From positions 1 to 63,845 of the forward strand of contig JBBROH010000003.1 of assembly GCA_038229595.1 (NCBI GenBank): a DNA stretch of 63,845 nucleotides, given 5' to 3'. The notes below the pieces were generated by a model. It had not been told where the DNA came from. It was given only the letters and a program-made list of their open reading frames with translations, and searched no databases. Below, piece after piece: positions 29,059 through 38,436 of the stretch (positions within the stretch are counted from its first letter, which is position 1; every line of letters starts with the position of its first letter). A program made the translations under genes and the position numbers. This DNA comes from Chloroflexia bacterium (GTDB taxonomy: Bacteria > Chloroflexota > Chloroflexia > QHBQ01).

Positions 29059-29166
29059 GGTGCGCCAGCAGCAAAGCCGCGCGCCCAGACCGTGCTGTTC
29101 GGGCGGTTTGCTGGGCGGCCCTTCCCAAGCTAGTTGCCAGCCATTATACTTAGGGCAGGGGGCAGC

Positions 29167-30138
29167 ATGAGCGTAAAGTGGTCGTACTCGGCGGATGGGA
29201 CGCGGCGGCGGTGTCAGCGGCAACTGGCTTACAACCAGGTGGTGGCTTCGCACAACGCTCGCGATAGCTTGCGCCGCGAAGTCTACGTCCTCAAGCAGGT
29301 GCAGCAGGTGCGGGCCTGGCAGGGCAGCCTCGTGCATGGCGTGTTGGCGACCACATTCCTCGGCTGGCTGCGGGTGCGCCAGCAGCCTGACCCCGCCGTG
29401 CTGACTGCGCTTGCGGTTGCGCGGGCGCGGCGGCAGTTCGCCTTCTCTGCTGCTCAACGCTATCGCCAGCCGACTAGCAAGGCGAGTGCGGGTGACGACT
29501 ATGGTGCGCTGTTTGAGCATGAGTTTGGCTCAACCCTGGCGGTCAGCGACCTGGGGCGGGTGGAGGAGAACATCGCCACGGCCTTCCGCAACCTGGTTAG
29601 CCAGCGCGAGTTGCTGGCCGAACTCTATGGGGGCTGGAACCAGCGCAGCGAGTGGCCGCTGCGCCTGGTGCAGGGTGGTATGGCGGTTAGTGCTAACCTC
29701 GACCTGATTAGCTTGCGCCAACGGGGGGAGCCGACCATAGTGGACTGGAAGGTGTCGGAGAGCGAGAGCAGCGACTACGCTCGCCAACTGCAAGTCTACG
29801 CCTGGGCCTTGATTCGCAGTGGCGGCTGGCCGCAGGAGCGAGCCGAGCAGCTTAACCTCTACGAAGTCAACCTGCTCAAGAACCTCGTCCACAAACATCC
29901 TTTTGATGCTGACCGCTTGGCGGAGACGGAGGGGTTTGTTGACGAAGGGATTGCTGCCTTGCGCGCGGTGCTGGGCGAGGGCCGCTACGAAGCTGACTTG
30001 CTGGCCCGGCTGCCGATTGCCGAGCAGGAGCAAGCCTGCCGCTACTGCCCCTATCAACGCCTCTGCCCGCAGCAGCTATCTGCCGAGGGTCGGCCCCAGG
30101 AGGCGCAGATTGTGCTTGAGCGGGTGGCTGGGGGCTAG
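29167..30138 (+). CDS. PD-(D/E)XK nuclease, RecB/AddB/Cas4-like
   Basis: GSLVHG, ANLDL...IVDWK, QLQVYAWAL, N-terminal Cys plus C-terminal CRYCPYQRLC. Confidence 0.8.
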   Translation: MSVKWSYSADGTRRRCQRQLAYNQVVASHNARDSLRREVYVLKQVQQVRAWQGSLVHGVLATTFLGWLRVRQQPDPAVLTALAVARARRQFAFSAAQRYRQPTSKASAGDDYGALFEHEFGSTLAVSDLGRVEENIATAFRNLVSQRELLAELYGGWNQRSEWPLRLVQGGMAVSANLDLISLRQRGEPTIVDWKVSESESSDYARQLQVYAWALIRSGGWPQERAEQLNLYEVNLLKNLVHKHPFDADRLAETEGFVDEGIAALRAVLGEGRYEADLLARLPIAEQEQACRYCPYQRLCPQQLSAEGRPQEAQIVLERVAGG

Positions 30139-30549
30139 AGTAGTAGCCCCACATTGGTGAGGCGTGGCAGGCGGAGCAGGCGCAGGAAGCGACCGAGGGT
30201 GCCAGCCCGCGTCCCCTGGCTTATAGCCTGCGCTGTCGAAGCAGACCTGCGCCCCTATCTGCTCGCTGACGGCCTGGAGGCAGAGCAGGGCGCGGGGGTG
30301 CATGAAGATGGGGTGGTCAGGATGTGCGAGAAGGCGCGCTGCAACTGCCCGGCTTCGCTTAGCAGGGCGGCCATCTTGTTGATGTCGCTGGTAGTAACGG
30401 TTAGCAAGGTGTGGAAGTCGAGCATCGGCCCCCTGTTCTAAGCTAGCAGTGTTGAGGGGTGGACTATAGCACAAGTAGGGGCGGGTGGCAATGTGAGGCA
30501 AAGCAAAGGGTCGGCCTCTGTGTGAGACCGACCCCGGTTTGAGGCTGGG

Positions 30550-31002
30550 TTAGCGGCTGTAGCGGTCGTCGCCGCCGCCACCGCCACCGCGATTGCCGCC
30601 GCCGCCGCCGTAGCCACCGCCACCGCCGCCGTAGCCGCCACCGCCGCTGCCGCCGTAGCCACCGCCACCGCCGCCGCCGCGATAACCGCCGCCGCCGCCT
30701 CGGTTGCCGCCACCGCCGCCCCGACCGCCGCCGCCGCCTTCTTCACGGGGGCGGGCTTCGTTGACGACGATGCTGCGGCCCAACATATTGTAGCCGTTGA
30801 ACTGCTGGATAGCAGCCTCGGCTCCTTCACGGTCGGCCATCTCGACGAAGCCGAAGCCCCGGCTACGAGCCGAATTGCCGTACTCATCGCGCTCGGTTAC
30901 GACGCGGGCGGAGACGACCTCACCCACCTGGCTGAACAGGCTCTGCAAATCTTCGTCCTTCGCCGCCCAGGCGAGGCCACCAACATAGAGCTTAACGGTC
31001 AT
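30550..31002 (-). CDS. RNA-recognition-motif (RRM) RNA-binding protein with Gly-rich tail
   Basis: RNP2 LYVGGL, RNP1 RGFGFVEM, VVNEARPRE, GGGGY repeats. Confidence 0.93.
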   Translation of the reverse strand: MTVKLYVGGLAWAAKDEDLQSLFSQVGEVVSARVVTERDEYGNSARSRGFGFVEMADREGAEAAIQQFNGYNMLGRSIVVNEARPREEGGGGGRGGGGGNRGGGGGYRGGGGGGGYGGSGGGGYGGGGGGYGGGGGNRGGGGGGDDRYSR

Positions 31003-31236
31003 GGTCTTGTTACAACTTCCTTTCTGAACAGGCACGAAACCTTACCTAACGAACGGCACACACGGCGCGGCTATCCATAATACCGGGTATCACGGCTGGC
31101 GGCGGCGGCGAGGAACGGAGCGCAAAGACCACACCCACCTGCTGAACTACTGCTGTAAGCCGGAACCATGCGCTTGACACGAACTGGGCGGTGGCTAACC
31201 GCACGGCGGGCTGCACAGGCACAACCCTCGGCAATA

Positions 31237-31265
31237 ATCATAGCACAGATGTAACAACCTGTCAA
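31237..31265 (-). promoter_or_regulatory. Sigma70 promoter for the RRM gene
   Basis: TTGACA-N17-TATGAT with extended -10. Confidence 0.7.
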
Positions 31266-31412
31266 TAGCCTGGCTGAGATTACTACCTGACTGGCTGCCA
31301 CCTCTTGCGGGCGGGCTGGCTCGCGCTAACCGCTGGCCTGCAGCCCCCACGCAGGGAGGTTAGCGCAGCACACCACTGGCAAGATTAGCTACGAAGCGCA
31401 GCGGCCAGGGTA

Positions 31413-31440
31413 TTGACAACCGCCAGAAGTGTGCTATAAT
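31413..31440 (+). promoter_or_regulatory. Consensus sigma70 promoter
   Basis: TTGACA-N16-TATAAT with extended -10 TGc. Confidence 0.7.
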
Positions 31441-31684
31441 GCTGCTGTCAGTAAGATAGGTTAGGTTCAGGCACGTGCGTTCGGCTATGCCCCTGAATAC
31501 ACAGAGGGAGTAGGCTATTCTTACAAGGACAATCGTATTCCTCCGTGGCGACGAGATCAGCCCGCAGCAACTCTTACCAACGCGCAGTTGCTAGCAGCCT
31601 CGTACACGACCAACACGCTTGCCAGCTTTGTGGTCGGCAACAACGACCCTGGCAAGCCTGTGCATACACCCTCCACTAGCGTAG

Positions 31685-31831
31685 TTGGGAACTACACGAA
31701 GAACCAAAACCCCGACACGAACAGCAACAGCGACGTGTACAAGAACACCTACTACAACGGCCACAAGAGTATTTACTCCAACCGAGGCAACCATCTCGAC
31801 AAGAACACCAACAAATACTTCAGTACACTAA
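31685..31831 (+). pseudogene. Remnant Pro/Thr linker of a secreted protein
   Basis: One frame reads TKTPTRTATATCTRTPTTTATRVFTPT...TRTPTNT, like the linkers of the SLH and RHS genes in this window; flanked by stops. Confidence 0.35.
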
Positions 31832-31849
31832 GCAAAGGAGCTTGAAGTA

Positions 31850-32971
31850 GTGGATGATCACACCCATAATCCCGATGCTGCTAAGGCTTGTAGAAGTACC
31901 ACAATTGGCTGGCTCTTGCCTATTGTCTTTGTTGCTCTTGTAATTGCTTTGCTGCTTGTTTATGTACTCGTGGTCAGAGTAGGGGGCCAAGTCTCAATCT
32001 CTGCTTCTCCCAAAAAGATGTGTGTAACCGCCGATGCAACTCATGTTCAAAGTGCTGCTGGTTACAGGTTGGAGAAGTTGCAAATGCTCTCACCAAGTGA
32101 AGGCTGGGCAGTAGGTAGTAGGAATGGCGTAGATGTTTTCCTGCATTACTATAAGGGCAATTGGGCAAGCCTTCCTATCCCTGCTAATGTGAATCTACAC
32201 AGCGTTAGTATGATTTCTGCTACTGAGGAATGGGCGGTAGGTGACGAAGCGTTCGTACATTACAAGGATGGTTGCTAGATTGATGCTGGTAGACTAGGAG
32301 ATTTTCCACATGGGCCATCTGTGTATCTAGCACTTAATAGCGTAGTTATGATTTCAGCCACGGAGGGATGGGTTGTTGGTGATGGTGTTAGCGCACATTA
32401 TGATGGGAACTCATGGACAGAAGTAGCCAGTCTCAAGAACTACAATCTCAGAGACATAGCGATGATTTCGAAGGACGAAGGCTGGGCTGTGGGGAGTGAC
32501 ATACTTCATTACAAAGAAGGACGTTGGGCGGTGACAAACAATGGCACTACTGGATTTGGCATCTCGATGCGCTCTCCTCTTGGTGGTTGGGCTGTGGGAG
32601 CCAACACGATCCTGCATTACAAGAACAACAACTGGGTTCCAGTAATTAGTCCCACTAGCAAGCACCTAAACAGTGTTAGCTTTATTTCACAACGTGAAGG
32701 TTGGGCAGTAGGAGGTAATGTTCGCTATGGTGGTAGTGACAGCATTATCGTTCATTACAGAGATGAAACTTGGACTGAGGTGGCTAATCCTACTAATTTT
32801 ATACTCATAAGTGTGTACATGAACTCTGTTAATGATGGATGGGCGGTTGGAAATGGCGTAATTCTCCATTATACAGGTGGCAAGTGGGTGGATGCCTTCG
32901 GCTCCGCTACAAGGATTTGGATAATAGCTCATGCACATCATGACTGCGCTTCACCTCCTCGCCCAGCTTGA
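31850..32971 (+). pseudogene. Membrane-anchored beta-propeller (WAVG...HY-x-G-x-x-W repeats) split by one in-frame TAG
   Basis: ORFs 31850-32278 and 32321-32971 share a frame; TAG at 32276 falls at the repeat Trp position (HYKDGC*); the 3' end is also disrupted; low GC. Confidence 0.7.
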
Positions 32972-33098
32972 ACATCGTCGCCACTGCCCGATCCACCATC
33001 AGCGGCCTGAACTCCTCAATCGCGTCGTAAACCAGACTTTTCTTGCCGTTGCGGTCGGCGTGGATGAAGCCATCGTAGGAGTCAGGCCCCGCCCGCTC
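32943..33098 (-). pseudogene. cas1: CRISPR-associated cas1 internal fragment
   Basis: ERAGPDSYDGFIHADRNGKKSLVYDAIEEFRPLMVDRAV matches the Cas1 GLDPY-x-GFLH...SL-x-x-D-x-x-EEFRP-x-x-VDR catalytic segment. Confidence 0.75.
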
Positions 33099-33406
33099 AA
33101 GCTGCTTCAGCACCAGGTCGCTGTCACCACGCACCTCGATCTGCCACGCGCTCGGTTGTTGGCCTGCCGCTTCGATGCGGGGGGTAATGTCTGCCAGCCC
33201 AGCAATCAGCGACCTGTACTCGGCTTCGTTGTTGGTGCCGTAGCCAAAGTCCAGCCTGCTCACGACCTCAACCGGCGCGGTAGGCCATTCGCCGTCCGCG
33301 CCCGGCACGAACAGGGCGTAGCTGCCGTAAGAGTGGCCGGGTTGGGTTCGGCTCCACCGTCGAACCAGATCACAATCCGCTGCTGCGGGTTGATGATGTT
33401 CGCCAT
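33099..33406 (-). pseudogene. Ribonuclease HI, frameshifted and 3'-truncated
   Basis: IWFDGGAEPNP, then a frameshift near 33336, then TNNEAEYRSLIAGL...VRGDSDLVLKQL; AAAGGAG RBS; upstream TCGACA-N17-TATAAT. Confidence 0.75.
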
Positions 33407-33519
33407 TTTGCTCCTTTGTGCAGTTTCGCCATCTGCCGCTACTCTATCGCTGCGTGATACCTGTAATCTCTATTATAGTCACGCAGACCACGCTTGTCGA
33501 GGTTGGTAAACTCAGCGCG

Positions 33520-33557
33520 GGTTCAATCGCTCAACCGCGATCATATCCCCCTGCAAC
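33520..33557 (-). CRISPR. Single CRISPR-like direct repeat (no array)
   Basis: GTTGCAGGGGGATATGATCGCGGTTGAGCGATTGAAC: GTTGCA start, ATCGC/GCGAT hairpin, ATTGAA(A)C-like end; about 420 bp from the cas1 fragment. Confidence 0.4.
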
Positions 33558-33718
33558 CGCCTCGGTCAGATTGTGACCATCAAAGCTTGCAACGGCAAAC
33601 ACCACCCTGACTCACCGATGCTCATAGTTCTAGTTATAATACAGAAGCAAGTTAATTACAAAATGAAGCAGGCGCACTGCCGTGAGCAGATGCGCCCATC
33701 TTGTTCTCCGGGCCGGAT

Positions 33719-34813
33719 TTAGCGGCGGGTCAGCAGGCTGTGTTGGTGTCGGTGCAGAGCGAGGAGCAGCAGCCCACCAACAAAGGCGACAGTACCCAGC
33801 AGTAGCCCCCAACTGTCGAGGTCACTAGCCATGCTGCTGCCAGTCTTGGGCAACATTGGCTGGTTGCCAGCACTAGCCTGGGCAGCAGCGGCAGCGGCGA
33901 CCCTGCTTTTCTCAGCGGGCATGATGGTGGCGGTGTAGGTAGTCATCTTCCCGCCCTCCACCACAGCTGTGATCTGGAACTTCACCGGAGCGACCCCCAG
34001 GTGCTGGAAGGCATCGTTGGTAACGAGGGCGGACGCGGTTACGTTGTTGCCGTCCACCTGGGGGCTGCCTTCGAGTGTGTGTTGCACCTTGTGCGCCACG
34101 GCGTAGTCTAGTGCCTGGCGCAGTTCAGCCTTCCCGCTCCAACTGCCAGACGTGCCTTGCGGGGCGGGGATGATCTTCTGCACCGCATTGTCGGCGTAGA
34201 GAGCAAGCGCAGCATCGGTATCCTGCCCGTTCCCGATCATCCTCTCGAAGTTCGTCACCACCGAGGCGGGGTCGCTGGTCTGCTGCGGCTGGGTGGCAGT
34301 TGGCTGGGTGCCTTGTGCAGCAGCAGCGGCAGCAACACGGCGGCCCTCAGCGGGGGCAATGGTAGTGCTGTAGGTGGTGATCTTGCCGTTCTCGATCACG
34401 GCTTCAGTCTGAAATTGCACCGGAGCAACGCCCAACCGCTGGAAGAAGTCGTTGGTTGTCAACGTTGCGACCGCAACCGTGTTGCCATTCACTTGTGGGC
34501 TACCGTTGAGGGTGTGTTGCACCTTGTGCGCTACGGCGTAGTCCAGACCTTGCCGGATTTCGTCCCGCCCGGTCCAGAGGCCGGAAGTGCCTTGCGGGGC
34601 AGGGGTGATCTTCAGGGTGGCGTTGTCCGCGAACATAGCCAGAGCGGTATCAACATCCTGGGGGCTGCCGATAATCTGCTCAAAGGCAGTCAGCACGGCA
34701 ACGGGGTCGGTAGTCTGCTTGAGCGGGGCCGCACTGCTAAGGCGGGCCGAGCCTGCGATAACGATCAGGGTCAGCAGGGTTGCCAGCACGTAGCTGAGGT
34801 TTATAGATTTCAT
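33719..34813 (-). CDS. Secreted LPXTG-anchored protein with two tandem SnoaL/NTF2-like domains
   Basis: Signal peptide; two ~135-aa internal repeats (DP-x-x-V...ALA-x-(F/Y)ADNA...LDYAVAHKVQHTL-x-GSPQV...GK-x-TTY); LPKTG plus hydrophobic and basic tail. Confidence 0.75.
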   Translation of the reverse strand: MKSINLSYVLATLLTLIVIAGSARLSSAAPLKQTTDPVAVLTAFEQIIGSPQDVDTALAMFADNATLKITPAPQGTSGLWTGRDEIRQGLDYAVAHKVQHTLNGSPQVNGNTVAVATLTTNDFFQRLGVAPVQFQTEAVIENGKITTYSTTIAPAEGRRVAAAAAAQGTQPTATQPQQTSDPASVVTNFERMIGNGQDTDAALALYADNAVQKIIPAPQGTSGSWSGKAELRQALDYAVAHKVQHTLEGSPQVDGNNVTASALVTNDAFQHLGVAPVKFQITAVVEGGKMTTYTATIMPAEKSRVAAAAAAQASAGNQPMLPKTGSSMASDLDSWGLLLGTVAFVGGLLLLALHRHQHSLLTRR

Positions 34814-35030
34814 TGAGGTGTCCTTTCAAGACTGTTGCCATCTGCCCCAGGTTGAGGCTGGTTGAGGGGGAGCAGCACTTCCGCTCCACTTGTCCATTAT
34901 CCACGCAATCACTGGTGAAGGGAACAGGTTTTAGTGTGCTGTTTTGTGTGCTGTTTCGTGCGCCATTGTGTGCCAGGCAACAAAAAGCCCTCTTTGGCTG
35001 AGGGCTGGGTGGGGAGGATAGCAGTTTGCG

Positions 35031-37644
35031 TTAGTGTGAGATCGGGCTATCGGTAGGGACGGGTACATTGAGGGCGTAAGCAATCGCCTGGGCCACGCTC
35101 ATCCTGCGCCCTGCGGCCCAGGCAGCCTCGAACTCTGCATCGCTCATTTGCGGGCGGGCTACCACCAGGATGCGTTCACTCTCATCTCGTTCAAAGGGCT
35201 TTGCCAGGGTACGCAATGCCTCGCGCAAGGCGGCAGCGGCCCCAAGCAAGTGTACCGCCTGCCGAGCCTGACCATGAGCAACGCACAACGAGGCGAAATC
35301 GGCCAGGTAAGGAGCGACCCAAACCCCGCCTTCCGTTCCCTGTTGCATTCTAATAGCCTCGCTAAAGAGATCGTGGGCAGTGTGGTAGTCGCCCCTATCC
35401 CTGGCAACCCGACCCAGCCCGGCGAGGGTAGAGGCTACCCACACCTTGTCGTCCAGGACACGGCTGATGGTTAGGCACTCGGCCAAAGCCTCCTGTGCGG
35501 TCGCATAGTCACCGCTCAAGCGCGCACGTTGCCCCTTGAAGAACAGCAGTTCGGCGAGGATTGAAGTGTTGCCCACGGCATGGGCAATGGCGATACCCTC
35601 GGCCACATACATACTGGCGGCCTCATGATCTCCCTGAACGTAGGCAACCGTGCTGAGGCGGCTGAGACCGACCGCTATGCCCCAGTGGTCATCCAAGCTA
35701 CGCTCGATCACAAGGGACTGCTCAAAGCGCGAACCAGCAGCCTGGTAATCGCCCTGGTAGAACAGCACGATGCCGAGGTTGAACAGGGTTTCAGCAACCC
35801 CGCGCTCGTCCTGCAACTCGCGGCGAAGGGTCAGGTTTGCTTCGTGCAGCGAACGCGCCGCCGCAATGTCGCCCTGCTCGAAAGTCAGCACTGCCATGCA
35901 CGGCTTTGGCGCGGTCAATGGGAGCAGCAGCACTAGCCTGGGCCAAAGCAGCCGCCAGCCAGCGGTGGCCCTCATTGATGTGGCCGCGCATCACCCAGAA
36001 CTGCGACTGTACGCCTGCCAACTGCAAGGCTGTCGCTGGCTCATGATTCAGCAGCCAACCCAGAGCCAACGCAATGTTGTCATGTTCGCGCTCCAGCCGC
36101 TCTAGCCAGCCGCTCTGCTGGGGGCCACGCAACCCCGGTTCAGCTTGCTCGGTGAGGGCTAGATAAAGGTGAGCGTGGCGGTGGCGCATTTGCTCCTCCT
36201 CACCACTTTTCGCCACCATTTCGCTACTGAACTGCCGCACGATCTCCAGCATGGAGTAGCGTACCACCCCAGCCTGCTCGTTCATCTGCACTAGTGACTT
36301 GTTCACCAGCGCAATGTGGCCGATCAGCACATCGTCCGCTTGCAGCTTATGCTCAAAAGCGGCTGCTTCCGGGTAAGTTGCAGCCTGCGCTTGCTGATCG
36401 TCAGGTACGGGGTCGGGACAGATCACTTCGGCGGCTTCAAGGCTCCAGCCACCGGCAAAAACGGCGAGGCGGCGCAGCAGTGTGCGCTCAACTGCACCCA
36501 GCAGGTCATAGCTCCATTCGATTGAAGCGCGTAGGGTTTGCTGACGGCTGGGTGCGGTGGGATCACTGCTGTGCAGCAGCCGCAAGCGATCATCCAGACG
36601 GCGGGCCAGTTGCTCTGGACTGAGAACCTTGACCAGCGGTGCGGCCAATTCGAGGGCAAGGGGGATGCCCTCAAGCTGTCGGCAGATCCGCAGCACACTG
36701 GTAGTGTTGCGCTCGTTTAGCCGAAAGCGGGGCAGTGCGGCCCGCGCTTGATTGACGAACAAAGTGACCGCCGCGTACTCTTGCGCCTCGGTACTGGATA
36801 TTTGCGTGCTGGTCGGCAGTGAGAGGGGGTTCAGCCGCCACTCGTTTTCACCCGCAACCCCCAGCGGTTCGCGGCTGGTGATGACGATGCGAACGTGGAC
36901 ACAGGTTGTAAGTAGCAACTTGACCAACCCGGTGCAAGCGGCAAGCAGGTGTTCGCAGTTGTCCAGCACGAGCAACAGCTTGCGGGGGCGCAGCCAGTCA
37001 ACCAGCGTCTCGCCAATGCTACGCTCCGGCTCCTCGCGCACCCCCAGCACGTTGGCAACCGTACTAACTACCTGCTGGTCGTCGGTTAGTGGTGCAAAAC
37101 CAACCAGCCAGCAACCGTCTGGGTAGTCGGGCAGCAGCCGGGCGGCCAGTTCGATGGCAAGGCGGGTCTTGCCCATCCCGCCCGCCCCAATGATACTCAA
37201 AAGCGGCGTGCCTGTCAGCAACCCTGCTAGTGCGGTGATCTCCTGTTCGCGCCCAACGAAGATAGTTGTTTGTAGCGGTAGATTGTTGCCGTTGTGTTCA
37301 AGCTGTGCCTGACTAGCCTGGTTGAGGGGGGCAAGCTGGTCAAGGGGGGATGCGTGCCACTCCGCCGGTGTGAGGGGTGTACAGCCAAGCAAAACCAGGA
37401 GATCGATGGCCTGGGCTTGCGTTTGCAGCGCACCCCACTTTGCCAGGGTACGCACTACCGCTTGGGCATTAGCGCAACTTAGCGACTGCTTACCGCTACC
37501 GTTCAGCCGCCTGCTTAGTTCAGCCCGGCTTAGGCCAACAGCCTGGGCCAAATCATCTACGGTCGGACGGCGATCATCGGCAAAGGGACGAACGCTGTGG
37601 TAGAGGTGTTGTACCCGTTCACGAAAGGTGTTAAGGTCATACAT
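35031..37644 (-). pseudogene. HTH - NB-ARC (STAND) - TPR regulator, frameshifted
   Basis: N-terminal HTH-like DLAQAVGLSRAELSRRLNG, GAGGMGKT, LLVLDNCEH, GIPLALELAA; frame switch near 35892 (AKAVHG / VLTFEQGD). Confidence 0.8.
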
Positions 37645-37844
37645 CCTGGTCTGTCTCCTCGCTAATCTTGCGCCGCCCCACCTGTTAAGCTACGAAAGGA
37701 ATATCCTTACTCATCTCACATCGTAGGAAAATTATAGCACAGGTGCGCCAATTTATGCTCTACGCCGTAGGGCAGCGGCGCGACCGCTCGTTACCTAACG
37801 AAGCAGGGTGAACCAGCAGGCAGCCTCACCTGCCTGTGGGTTGA

Positions 37845-38025
37845 TCTAGCTCTATCACCATGTGGTGCAGCCCCGGCCACATCACCGCCTGGTACGCCAA
37901 TCAGCCGTCCGAGTAGTAGCTGTCAGCCTGCGGCAACGCCGCCACCACGTTCGCCAACGTCGCCGCATCTATGTCCGTCAGCACCGCTTGAGCGCAGCCG
38001 AACAGCAGTGCGTCTATGACTATGG
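37845..38025 (-). mobile_element. IS1-family insB remnant
   Basis: Reads VAALPQADSYYSDG*LAYQAVMWPG-x-H, homologous to the fragment at 59183-59385; in-frame stop. Confidence 0.55.
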
Positions 38026-38185
38026 GCATGAACGAGTGGCAGTGGTGCTGCCCGCCACGTAGATGCTGCCATCGTTGCCAGCCACTATCGCATTGCCCGC
38101 GTCAAAGTCGCTGCCACCAAAATAGAGGTACTGGCTGACCCGCTGACCGCTGGGATCGAGCTTGAGGATGCGGGTGTTTAGCAAA
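38025..38185 (-). pseudogene. SBBP beta-propeller repeat fragment
   Basis: ILKLDPSGQRVSQYLYFGGSDFDAGNAIVAGNDGSIYVAGST resembles the repeats of 50364-53261. Confidence 0.55.
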
Positions 38186-38320
38186 CCGCTGTTGGAACAG
38201 ACCAGCCAGCTAATATGTCAGCGTCGCTTCAGGTACAAAATGCCAGCTTTGGAGTATATGCACCGAACCCTTACCCTCACCTTCACGTGGGTACAGCAAG
38301 CAGACGGTAAACAGTCAAAG

Positions 38321-38363
38321 TTCATGCCTGATTCATGGCGGTTCAATCCTGGGTGGTTACAAT
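38321..38363 (+). promoter_or_regulatory. OmpR/PhoP-type box plus -10
   Basis: TTCATG-N5-TTCATG-N5-TCAATC-N9-TACAAT. Confidence 0.6.
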
Positions 38364-38436
38364 GTGGGTGTTCGCTACGAGCGGACATCGCCAACGCAGA
38401 CTAGTCGCGTTTACAGATTAGCAAGGAGCAAATACT

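Noticed and set aside
30140-30430. Small ORF MLDFHTLL... on the minus strand, or ORFs 30076-30501 and 30154-30441
   Set aside because: No recognisable motif and an internal stop; no frame is better supported than the others
30560-30745. GGC/GCC microsatellite-like tract
   Set aside because: It encodes the Gly-rich tail of the RRM protein
32276-32278. Amber or selenocysteine readthrough of the propeller gene
   Set aside because: The codon is TAG at a repeat Trp (TGG) position; SelB decodes UGA, and no pyl genes are seen; a nonsense mutation or sequencing error is simpler
33480-33700. Functional CRISPR array
   Set aside because: Only one full repeat-like unit plus a 7-nt partial match; no repeat-spacer periodicity
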